Positions 49,523 through 60,849 of a DNA stretch of 64,000 nt are shown one piece after another. The position numbers were made by a program, and so were the translations under genes. Below the pieces are notes generated by a model. It had not been told where the DNA came from and searched no databases. It worked only from the letters and a program-made list of their open reading frames with translations. The first letter of the stretch is position 1. Each line of letters starts with the position of its first letter. Source of the DNA: Monocercomonoides exilis PA203 (Eukaryota > Protista > Preaxostyla); contig LSRY02000003.1 of assembly GCA_001643675.2 (NCBI GenBank), positions 2,046,001 to 2,110,000 of the forward strand, in the 5' to 3' direction.

Positions 49523-51487
49523 ATGATTAGGATCACAGCATTAGCTCAAATACTCGTCGCATTCCTCACCATAAATCTCGTTCATGGAGAAGACATCGCA
49601 AACAGCATCATCAGAGGCGCTCACCCAGACAAGGTGGAACATGCATCTGGCAATCCCATCTGTGGTGCTCAGACAAGCCTCGCCCTCATCAACACCTCCT
49701 TGTGTGTGACCCATCTCAACATCATCCCCCTCAATGGTTGCCCACTCCTCACTGCCCAACACCACTCCGCTGCATCCATCTCCTCCTCCACTTGCACCAT
49801 CCACCCACTTTCCCTCACCAACAACCACCACCACCACCAATGCCCCCTCTTCCTCTCTGCCCATGCCTCCATCGCCCTCACAAACTTCTCCCTCATCACC
49901 CACCAACCAGCCTTCCTCTCCTTCCCCCTCTTCTCCACCCCAAACAATCTCCTCCCAGATCCCCACTCCCCAATTCCTGCCTCCTTCTCCGTCTCCCACT
50001 CCTCTTTCTCCTCCTTCATCTCCCTCATCCAGCCTTTCCTTTTTTCTCCTTCTTCCCTCTCTTCCCCATCCCCTTCTCCATCTCCTTCCCTTTCCCCTTC
50101 TCCTTCATCTTCCTCATCCTCATCCTCATCATCTTCTTTTTCTTCTCCTTCCACTTCCTCTTCCCCTTCCATTTCCTCTTTCTCTTCCCCTTCCCCTCTC
50201 CATATCCATCACCAATCCCATCCCCACCTCCAAATCCACCTCAATCTCCATCTCTCAAACACCCTCTTTTCCAACATCTCCTCTCCTCAATCCCATTCAT
50301 CTTTTCCATCTCTTCCTTCTCACTCACTCAACCCATTCACCTCAACAACCTCTTCCTCTTCTTCCACTTCCTCTTCCACCAACACCAACACCAATTCAAT
50401 CCCCTCCTTCTCCCTTCACTCATCCCTCTCCATCCACTCAACCATCTTCCTCCACACCCACAATCCCATCGATGGTGCCATCCTCCCCAACCTCAACAGC
50501 CCATTCACTTCTCTCTCTGCCTTCAATGCATCTTTCTTTCACCAAACACGCTCTTCATCGAACGCTGCTGTGGTGCATGTTGGAAATGAATCTCAAAGAG
50601 TGAAACTTGGAAGACTGACTTCATTCGATTTAGACAGCCATCGCTTTGAATGGTGCGAATGGGAAAACACAACTGGTGGGCCAGATCGAGGAGGAGCGCT
50701 TTATGTGGATTGTGCAAATGCTAATCTTGCAATCATATCGTGTTCATTCAACAATTGCTCGTGCAATTGGGATGGCGGAGCATTGTTTTGCAATAGTTCG
50801 TTGAAGTTAACCATCATGCAGTCCAATTTCACAAGTTGTTCAGCTAAATATGGAGGAGCGGTCACTTCATGGAATCCACAATCAAATTCTGCTTATTCAT
50901 TCTCGGAAAACAGAGTGGAAAGTTGTTCAATTTCAAATTGGTGTGGAACTGGTTGGTATTTCTTGCTAAATGACTTACCTGCATCTGGTCAATTCCTGTT
51001 TTCAAACAACAAATGTATTTCAAATTCTGGTGGTGATGCAGCTGGTTCTCTCACATTTCATTACCCTCCAACCAATAAGCCAAATCAATTTTTGGTTGAT
51101 GATTGCCAATTCATAAACAATAAAGTTGAAAATCCATCCTCCTACGGTGGTGCTGCGCTGTGTTGCACAGCAACTTATTCCTGGATGAGCGGAAATAAAT
51201 TCATCTCGTTTTGTTTCTTCGATGGCAACTCCGCCACAAATGGCAGAGGAAACGATGTGTTTTTCAATGGCAGTTCTATAGCCCAATCTCCATTCCAGCA
51301 ATGCGGATCAACAACCCCAACAAAAAGAGTGCATAATTACGGAACAGTTGAAAACTCAGAGTATGTTGGCAGGTTCTTGCTTTTCCTTCAAAATTCTCCA
51401 ATGAAATGTCTTTCTTACTTTCGTCTCTTATTTTTGCTTTCTCTATTTTCTCCTCTCCTTGCATTCTTTCTTTCCTCTCAAATTTGA
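49523..51487 (+). CDS. Beta-helix family copy D; the only copy with ATG, signal peptide, leader, domain and hydrophobic C-tail (654 aa)
   Basis: MIRITALAQILVAFLTINLVHG-EDI is signal-like. It is followed by the S/P/H leader, GGA repeats and the tail FRLLFLLSLFSPLLAFFLSSQI*. Confidence 0.8.
   Translation: MIRITALAQILVAFLTINLVHGEDIANSIIRGAHPDKVEHASGNPICGAQTSLALINTSLCVTHLNIIPLNGCPLLTAQHHSAASISSSTCTIHPLSLTNNHHHHQCPLFLSAHASIALTNFSLITHQPAFLSFPLFSTPNNLLPDPHSPIPASFSVSHSSFSSFISLIQPFLFSPSSLSSPSPSPSPSLSPSPSSSSSSSSSSSFSSPSTSSSPSISSFSSPSPLHIHHQSHPHLQIHLNLHLSNTLFSNISSPQSHSSFPSLPSHSLNPFTSTTSSSSSTSSSTNTNTNSIPSFSLHSSLSIHSTIFLHTHNPIDGAILPNLNSPFTSLSAFNASFFHQTRSSSNAAVVHVGNESQRVKLGRLTSFDLDSHRFEWCEWENTTGGPDRGGALYVDCANANLAIISCSFNNCSCNWDGGALFCNSSLKLTIMQSNFTSCSAKYGGAVTSWNPQSNSAYSFSENRVESCSISNWCGTGWYFLLNDLPASGQFLFSNNKCISNSGGDAAGSLTFHYPPTNKPNQFLVDDCQFINNKVENPSSYGGAALCCTATYSWMSGNKFISFCFFDGNSATNGRGNDVFFNGSSIAQSPFQQCGSTTPTKRVHNYGTVENSEYVGRFLLFLQNSPMKCLSYFRLLFLLSLFSPLLAFFLSSQI
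50033..50470 (+). repeat. 438-nt G-free tract in the leader of copy D
   Basis: No G between 50032 and 50471. The tract ends in CCATCGATGG. Confidence 0.95.
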
Positions 51488-52035
51488 TAGTTATTTTTTT
51501 CTGAATCTTGTCATTCATCCTTGTTTGCTATATCGCTTCTCAAAATTACCCTCTGTTTATCCAAATTCTTTCCTTCCCAAATTCAACATTCAACTCGAAT
51601 CTCCTCTTTGAAACATCTTCTCTCTTTAACCCAAAAATCTCTTCAATCCTCTCAATCTCTTTTCCATTTATCAATTATCCTAAAAATCAGGGATTTATTT
51701 TTCTTTCTCTTTCTCCTCTTCTTTCGTCTTCTTTCATTCTTCTTCTTCTCATTTTAATTTATGTAAATTTCCTTCAGCTGCAAAAGTTCATCTTTTTCTT
51801 CAATTCGTTCACGATCTCTGATGCAGATATCAAATTATAAGAAGTTCAAAATAGACGAAGTGAATGATGAAGTGGAAGAAGAATTTGAAGAAGAAGATGA
51901 TAATGAATGAATTGATAAGTTGATTGAAGGAGGAGAATGATGAAGATAAATAAATTAACAAATACCGAGATATTTGATTTTCCAATTTTTTCTGGTTTTT
52001 TTCTTTCATTTTTGTTTGTTTTTCTTACTAACAAA

Positions 52036-53095
52036 ATCCTCCAATTCAACCATCTTCCTCCACACTCACAACCCCATTGATGGAGCCATTCTCCCCAACT
52101 TCAACAGCCCATTCACTTCTCTCTCTGCCTTCAATGCCTCTTTTGTTCACCAAACACGTTCTTCATCAAATGCTGCAGAGGTGCATGTTGGAAATGAAAC
52201 TCACAGAAAATCACCTGGAAGATTGACTTCGTTTGATCTGAACAACCACAAATTTGAATGGTGCATATGGGAGAATTCAACTGGTGGTAGTGATCATGGA
52301 GGTGCACTTAAAGTTATTTGCACAAATGCAAATCTCACAATCACTTCTTGTTCATTTTTCAATTGTTCAAGTGGTGATCATGGTGGAGCATTGTATTGTA
52401 ATCGTTCGTTGAAGACTGTCATTACAAAATCAAATTTCACAAGTTGCTCAGCTGCTCACGGAGGAGCAAATTGCATTGCTAATCCACAATCAAATTCTGT
52501 TTGGACATTCTCAGAAAACAGAGTGGAAAATTGTTCAATAACAGATTGGTGCGGTACTGGATGGTTCTTTTACATTGGTGATTTTTCTTCAAACGGTCAA
52601 TTCCTGTTCACCAAATGCAAGTGCATTGCTAATTCTGGTGGTGATTCTGCTGGTTCTCTCACATTCAATTGGCCTCCACAAAACAAACCAAGTCAGTTTT
52701 CAATTAATGATTGCCAATTTATTAACAACGAATTGACTGCCTCTGCCAATTATGGAGGTGCTGCAATTTGCTTCCTTCCACCATATTCATGGATGAATGG
52801 AGTAAAATTCATCACATTCTGCTTTTTCGATGGAAATACTGCCAAAAATGGCAGAGGAAACGATGTGTTTTTCAATGGCAGTTCTATAGCCCAATCTCCA
52901 TTCCAGCAATGCGGATCAACAACTCCAACACAAAGAGTGTGGAATGCAGGAACAGTTGAAAACACAGAGTATGTTGGCAGGTTTTGGCTTTTCCTTCAAA
53001 ATTCTCCAATGAAATGTCTTTCTAACTTCCGTCTCTTATTTTTGCTTTCTCTATTTTCTCCTCTCCTTGCATTCTTTCTTTTCTCTCAAATTTGA
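52036..53095 (+). pseudogene. Beta-helix family copy E; 5'-truncated mosaic cassette with an intact frame but no ATG
   Basis: Begins atcctccaattc at the same junction as C and F. Its 3' 297 nt are identical to copy B. Confidence 0.65.
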
Positions 53096-56000
53096 TAGTT
53101 ATTTTTTTCTGAATCTTGTCATTCACCCTTGTTTGTTATATCACTTCTCAAAATTACCCTCCGTTCATCCAAATTCTTTTCTTCCAAAATCCAACATTCA
53201 ACTCAAACTTCGTATTCAAATATCTTCTTCTTTTCATTCAAAAAATCTCTTCAGCCCTCTCAATCTCATTTCCATCTAGCATGAATCCGAGATCAAGAAT
53301 TTCTTTCTCTTTCTTTTTCTTATTTTTATTTGTTATTTTTTCCTTCATTAATATATTTCCTTGTTTCCTTTTCATTTCTCTCTTAATCTCTGATGAAGAT
53401 GCAGAATGTGAAGAAAATCAATCAGATGATGTGAATGAAGAAGAAGAAGAAGAAGCTGTGTGAAATGTTGTTGATGTTTTTGAAGAAGAGGAAGATGATG
53501 ATAATGAATAAATGACATGAAATGTTTAATTGTTGAAAAGTGAGAAGATGAGTGTCAATTAATGCCAACCGAGAAATTCATTGAAATTCTCTTCTTCTGG
53601 ATTTTGTCTTCTTCTGGCAAATAATATCCTTTGAATTCATAGCAATTTCAATTTGATTCTTTCTCTCTTTCCATCTAAAAATATGAAATATTGAGCGATC
53701 CCTTTTTCATCCCATCTCTTCTTCTTTCACTTCCCTTCTTTCACAAAAAATCATCTTTCCTCAAACATAATTCTTTGTCAAAGCCCAATGCCAAGCATCT
53801 TCGAAATATCTCGCATTTCATCTGTCCTTCTTTATTCTTCCTTCCCAACTTTTCTTCTTTTTCTTCTTCAAAGCCACCTAATCCCTCATTCTTTCAGCAT
53901 TCTTTAAAAAAAAATAATAATAATTACTTCAAATAAATAACGACAGCAAACCTTCTAAACATATTTTAAAGTCAATAACTCTATTTTATCCAATTGGCAA
54001 CTGTTTCCCCTCAATAAAAATTCATTATTCCTTCCTTTTTCGAATGTTTCATCATCTGATTCGCAAATAATCCTTTCCAGAAGTCATTTCTTCATCAAAT
54101 GAATCGATTTCTTGCTCTTCTGAAAATGTGAAATTTTTGATTTCTGCTCAAATTCCATTCTCATCATTGAAAAATGTCCTGTTTTTCCTCTGAAAATATC
54201 ATCTCCAATTCCCTTCCCAAACCCTTCATCCTGGGCACTTTCCATATGAATTCGCTCTCCCAACTCGATAGTCACCCTGCACAACGAGATATAAACATTT
54301 CATTCATTTTCATTCTTTTCCGCCTCCTGCCCTGAAAGAAACACAAAAACATTCAACAGATAAATATTCATATAAAGAAAAATAAATAAATGTCAAACTG
54401 AACTTCGACTGTTTTTCGCCAAACACACTCATTTCCACAGCCATCATCATTCAAAAAATAAATCAATCTCTTTATTTCAGTCTCAGAATGGTTGAATACA
54501 GCATGGAATGCATCTCCTCAAAATACATTGTATGTCTCACTGGAGGGTCTTTTCAGTTCGAGCACATCGTGGTGGCTGTCCAGAGGTGTTTTTTCTGTTT
54601 TTGTCATGATCATCTCCTTTAATAATATTCTCAACCACCCAAAACAGTATTTGATGTCTATCTCATCAACACCAGGCACAGAAGTTATATGGTGCATACA
54701 AGTGATGGAAGAATATTTTTTGTGGAAGGGGGTGAGAGTTGAGTGGTTTTTTGAATGTTAATATTTCGAGAGGGGTTTTTGAATGAAAGAAAATCTGAGA
54801 CAAAGGGGTGGGGAAGAGCAGGTGGAAATTTGTAGAGGAAAATGTAGAAAATATATAGAGAAGTGATTGGGGATGATGAAGGAGGGCTTATTGTTGATTG
54901 GAGATATGGATTTTGAAAAGAAAGAAAAGAGGGCAAAAGTGTGCAAGAAGAAGAATATTCTGAAGTGTTTATATGAAAAGGGGGTAACTTTTATGAGAGG
55001 AGTAGATATTTTGGAAGAGATGGGGAAAGATGAAGAAAAGGAGGGGATTGATATTTTCTGATGATTTTGTGAGATGAATGGAAGATGGAAAATTGGAAAG
55101 GAATGGAAATTGAGATATATCTTCATTTTCTATTTTTGAGGGGAAAGGAGAGGAAATCGCAAAAAGAAAGTTTATTGCCTTTGAAGAAATACAGCAAGAT
55201 TGATTTCCACAATCTGTTTGTCACAAATATTGTGATTGAGTTTTTCAAGCCAATCTGAAGTTTATACATCAAATGAGACGTTTTGGCCAATCAACGACTT
55301 CATACAAATTATTCTCAACTTCATAAATATCGTTCGACTGTTTTCGCATTTCTCAACTGCATCTTCTTCTTCTCCATCTTCTTCTTCGTCGTCTTCTGAT
55401 AATTCTCCTTCATTCAATCGATCATCTTCCTCATTTCTCGGTTTACAAACACAAAATTCGCCTTCTCACAATTCACCTGTTTATTCAGCGACAAGCACGC
55501 CTGTTATGAATCGCATGGCCAAAAACACACAAAATCTTATTCATTCAAATATTGCTTCTTCTTCTTCTTCTTCAACTTCAACTTCATTCTTCCTCATTGA
55601 TTCGGACATTGAATCAGCATCTATCTTCATTTCAACAATTGTGTTCATCCTTTTCTTCTTCAACGCCTTCTTCGACGAATATCAAAAATATTCCTATTTC
55701 CATTTCATTCAGCTCCCCTCAAATTCATCAAGAGGCATTAAAATCTGCTCAAATAGGAAACGCAAAAGAAATGTTCATTCTGACATAGAATTTCAGCCAG
55801 ACCTAACACGGAGATGAAATGGGTAATATTGATCCAGAATAGCCGAGCATCAGGCATGCAACAGAAAATAGAGATTGCCTCTGACTTTTTTCATTTGGAA
55901 GCTGAAAGAATTCACCGAAAACATAAAGAACAGGACAGGATAGGATGTTTGGGACGAATGATTATGAGGATGACCTTCGACAAATTTCACAACGTCATTT

Positions 56001-56399
56001 GCCTTCAATGGAATGAGAGGATGATTAAACGAGGAGAACATAATTTATTTGAAAACAAATAATTGAAGGACAAATCTATGAAATAAGTGCGTCTGCAGCG
56101 GATGAAAAAGGTGAAGTGAAAATGGAAAAAGAAATTGAAGGTTTTGAAGAGATTGTTGATAAGATTGAAGAAATGCATTTTGAAGAGAAGAATAATAGAA
56201 AGCATTCCTAAAAGCAACAAGCAGAATTTGCATTTGATGAAAAGGAGAAATTGGATGAAGAAATTTCAAAGAAATATGTTTTATGTGATCCGGTGTTAGA
56301 CTTCTCAAAAGAAAAGTGATGATATGTTCTCTTGTTGAAAAGAAGATGAAAGCTCATGAATGCAAAGTGAAATGAAAAGCCATCAGAATTAGAAGGAAT

Positions 56400-57593
56400 T
56401 TATATGAGAACCTGAAAAAATTCATCATTTCCTGTGATTTTTGCATCAACTGCGCTGAAAGTGAGTGTTTGAAGAGGAACAAATGTTGAGGAAAGAAGAG
56501 TGAGGGAGGTGTCTTGGGCATCTGTCATGCGAACAAGAGCATGTTCTATTGTTTTGCATGGACTGAGTTGTGTGATTCCGCAGAGATCGGTGTTTGTCCC
56601 ATTATTTGACACGATTTTGAATGTTGTGACGAGAGGAAGCCATCTGTTGAACTCAACATCATCAGCAGTTCCTGCGTTCCACACTCTTTGTGTTGTGGTT
56701 GTTGATCCACACTGATTGAATGGAGATTGGGTGATGCTGCTGCCATTGAAGAACACATCATTTCCTCTTCCGTTTTTGGCAGTGTTGCCATCAAAGAAAC
56801 AGAATGTGATGAATTTGAACCCGCTCATCCAGGAATATGTTCTTGTGCAGCACAGCGCAGCACCACCGTAGGTGGTTGGATTTTCGACTTTGTTGTTGAT
56901 GAACTGGCACTCTTTGAGCAAATATTGAAGAGGCATTACTGGTGGAGGATAATTAAATGTGACTGCACCAGCCGCATCACCGCCAGTATTTGCGATGCTG
57001 ACACATTTCGAAAACAGGAATTGACCGTTTGATGTCATATTGTCAAGCACGATATCCCAACCAGTTCCAATGTTGCTACTTATTGAGCAATTATCCACTC
57101 GGTTTTCTGATAATACCCAAACAGAACTGGATTGGGGCCAGCCAACATAAGCAGCACCTGCATGTGCAGCTGAGCAACTTGTGAAATTGGATTTTACGAT
57201 GTTGACGTTTAATAAATATCTGCAAAACAACGCCCCGCCAACATCACCACTAGAACAATTGTCGAATGAACAAGAAGTGATTGTGAGATTTGCATCCACA
57301 CAATTAACATAAAGTGCACCGCCATATTCATTTCCACTGCTTGAATTTTCCCATATGCACCATTCGAAGCGATGGCTGTTAACATCGAATGAAGTCAGTC
57401 TTCCAGGTGATTTTCTGTGAGTTTCATTTCCTACATATACAACAGCAGCATTTGGTGAAGAGCGTGTTTGACTGAGAAAAGATGCATTGAAAGCAGAGAG
57501 AGAAGTGAATGGGCGATTGAGGTTGGGGAGGATGGAACCATCGATAGGGTTGTGAGTGTGGAGGAAGAGGGATGAATTGGAGGATCTTATTTG
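56400..57593 (-). pseudogene. Beta-helix family copy F; 5'-truncated cassette
   Basis: Frame open from the TGA at 57596-57594 through THNPIDGSILPNLN...FEWCIWENS...CGITQLSPCKTIEHAL...KITGNDEFFQVLI*. No upstream ATG. Confidence 0.7.
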
Positions 57594-57699
57594 TCAAAAG
57601 AAAGCAAAAGAAAAGATGAAAAATAAGAAAAGATCAACTTTTGCGAACATAAACGTTATTGTTTATCTTCATTTATCTTCGTAATTCTCAATCTTCAAT

Positions 57700-58950
57700 C
57701 AACTCATTCTATTCATTTATCATCTTCGTCTTCTTCTTCTTATGCATCATATCGCATAGCTTCTTCTTACTCTTCATTTTCGTCTTCTTTATTTTCTTCC
57801 TCTTTTTTATCATTTTCATCATCTTCTCCTTCTCCTTCTCCTTCTTCTTCTTCTTCAACTCCTTTAGCCACTTCATCTTCTTCATTCTTTATCTGCCTCT
57901 TTTTCTTGCCTTTTAGTTCCTTCAACCATCATCGTCTTCCCATGGATTCCAAAATAAGCCAATGAGAACATTTTTATTCGGAGAAATACAATCCAAAAGC
58001 TTCTATTTCTCCAACAGGCATATTCAACATGTTAAACGTCTTCTCCTTCTTCTTCTTCGTTTTCTTCGTTTTCTTCGTTTTCTTCGTCTTTGTCATCTCA
58101 TTCATCACCATCAACCTCAAAACAAGCAATGCAATCTTCTTCTGCAACATATTCTGACCCTTCCTCCCAATTTTTTTTCTTCTCCACCTTTTTCTTCAAC
58201 TTCACCTTTATCTTCGTCGTAATCATCATCATCTTCTTCACCTTCTTCATTGTTTCCTTCATCACCTTCTTTTTTTTCTTCTGCTGCTTCTTCATCTTCG
58301 CATTCATCTTCACTTGCATCTTCAACAGATATTTATGTCGTTCATATTTTTTCATAGCCAATGGACGAACATCATTATTTTTTGTTTTTGAAGAGAAAGG
58401 CAATGAAACCACTCAAAGTTGGAAAATGAACTGAGGATATCAATCTAATTGACAAATAAACACTAAATTGCCAATATCATTTGTGATTGGGGTTTTATAT
58501 TCCTTCTGAAATCAACTTGTCAAATGTTATATTTTGCTAACTGACAACATCAAACAAGTCATTTTCATCATCTTCTTCAGAAATGTTATTTGACTGATTG
58601 CTCATTTCTCAATAATTTCTTCATCTTCTTCAAATTCTTCAACTTTTTCTGCGTCTTCTTTCCCACAAACTGCTAAATCTTCAATTTTGTCATTTTCTTC
58701 TTCTTCAGCTCCTTCAATAACGTTTTCACTTTCAACGAGTAGGATCAGGCTATCGACCATCAAATTCCTTTAAGCTGTACAATCAGCAGTACCACAAAAT
58801 TTCTCAGAAAATTATTTCATTCACATTTCTTCCTCTCAACGACCGTTCACCACATACGCCATCATTTCATGTTTCATTCGCAATATCGGAAATGAAAAGC
58901 CATCTGTACAAAATCTGTCTTCTTCAACAAACATTTCTTCATAAATGCCT
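57700..58950 (-). pseudogene. Decayed acidic E/K/D-rich coding-like sequence between copies G and F
   Basis: Minus-strand fragments MVDSLILLVESENVIEGAEEENDKIEDLAVCGKEDAEKVEEFEEDEEIIEK* and VEDASEDECEDEEAAEEKKEGDEGNNEEGEED, broken by stops and frameshifts. Confidence 0.35.
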
Positions 58951-59484
58951 TTGCATTCTTCTCAAGAGTTTTCGTTTCACATTTCGCCTTTCACTTGTCG
59001 AATTCATCGAGAATGCGATGAGATAGAGAAAAAGCAGAGGAAGCATCACAAAAAAGAGGAGCAGACTTTTGCTTTGGAAAAGGAAAGGGAAAGAGGTTGG
59101 AAGAAGAATGAAGAACAGATGATTTTTGAGAAGTCGGTGCAAAATGAAGGAGAAACAAGGAAACACAAGAGAGAAATGAATGAGAGAGACGATTCAGAAC
59201 CATTTCTTAAGAGAAAGAAGGGCAGAAAGGAGTTTTGGAGTGGAATTGAATGAAAAGAAAGTTGAAGATGAAAGAAACGAAGCCACACAGCAAGATCGCT
59301 CTTCTGATGAAATATCTTCATATCATCTGTGATTGACAAATTTAGAAGAAATATTTTTATCTGAGCGGATGGTAAGGATTTTGAAAACATAAGCGATGAT
59401 ATTTTCTTCAGTTGAAAGTGATATGAAAGCTCAAGAAATTTTATATGATATGGAAAATGGTGAAGATTAACAAATGGAAGGAAA

Positions 59485-60849
59485 TTATAAAAAAATCAGA
59501 AAAACTTTATCATTTGAAATGATTTTTGTATCGACTGCTCTGAAGGTGAGTGTTTGAGTGGGAACAAATGTTGAGGTGAGGAGGGTGAGGGAGGCGTCTT
59601 GGAGGAGGGAGATGAAGCCAGTGAGGGCATACTCGATGGTGGCACATGGGGTCTGTTGGGGTCTGCCACAGACATCAGCATCAGTTCCATTGCTGGCAAC
59701 GATTTTGTTCTGGGCAATGAGGGGGAGCCAGCCATTGTACACTGCATTGTCAGCTGTTCCTGCGTTCCATACTCTTTTTGTTGGGGTTGTTGAACCACAA
59801 TTTTCAAACGGAGATTGTGTGATGCTACTGCCATTGAAGAACACATCATTTCCCCTGCCATTTTTGGCAGTGTTGCCATCAAAGAAGCAGAATGTGATGA
59901 ATTTATTTCCGCTCATCCAGGAAAAAGTTGAATAGAAGAAAATAGCAGCACCTCCATAATACGATGAATTTGTCAATTTATTATTGATGAATTGACAATC
60001 ATTTACTAAAAATTGATTTGGTTTATTTTGTGGAGGAGAATTGAATGTGAGAGAACCAGCAGAATCTCCTCCAGAGTTTGAGATGCACTTGCATTTGGAA
60101 AACAAGAATTGGCTTGCTGAGGTTATATTATACACATTAAAATACCAACCAGTTCCAATAGTACCATTTATTTTACAACCTTCAACTCTGTTATCTGAGA
60201 ATGAATAAACAGATGATGATTTTTGACCATCAATACAAATTGCACCTCCGCGAGTGGCAGAACAGTTTGTGAAGTTGGACTTAACGATGTTCACATTTGA
60301 CAAATATTTGCTGTATAATGCACCACCAGCATAATCGCCTGTGATCGAACATTTGCTGAATGAACAAGAAGTGATTGTGAGGTTGGCATTTTCGCAAACA
60401 ACTTTAAGAGCACCACCATAATCATTTTGTCCATTTGAATTATTCCACTCACACCATTCAAAAAGATAGCTATTCAATTCAGGAAAAGCCAATCTTCCAG
60501 GTTTCAATTTATGAGTTTCAGTTCCAATATGCTCAACAGGTTCATTTGGTGAAGAGCGTGTTTGGTGGAGAAAGGAAGTGTTGAAGGCAGAGAGAGAAGT
60601 GGATGGGTTGTTGAGGTTGGGGAGGATGGCACCATCGATGGGATTGTGGGTGTGGAGGAAGATGGTTGAGTGGATGGAGAGGGATGAGTGAAGGGAGAAG
60701 GAGGGGATTGAATTGGTGTTGGTGTTGGTGGAAGAGGAAGTGGAAGAAGAGGAAGAGGTGGTTGAGATAAAAGGATTGAGTGAATGTGAGGGAAGTGATG
60801 GAAGAGATGGATGGGATTGAGGAGAGGAGATGTTGGAGAAGAGGGTGTT
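59485..60849 (-). pseudogene. Beta-helix family copy G; 5'-truncated within the G-free leader
   Basis: An in-frame TAA (60852-60850) lies directly before NTLFSNISSPQSH. The domain is intact to ...KIISNDKVFLIFL*. Confidence 0.7.

Noticed and set aside
51974-52040. Hydrophobic 'MIFQFFLVFFFHFCLFFLL' as the signal peptide of copy E
   Set aside because: It starts at TTG, not ATG. It is the T-rich spacer, which is closed by stops at the homologous position in C and F.
58051-58090. (TCTTCGTTT)n short tandem repeat and long poly-A/T runs
   Set aside because: Ordinary microsatellite or low-complexity sequence, not a CRISPR-like repeat-spacer array.
4059-60849. Diversity-generating retroelement as the cause of paralogue variation
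   Set aside because: There is no reverse transcriptase in the window. Differences involve all bases and indels, not adenine-specific changes against a template repeat.
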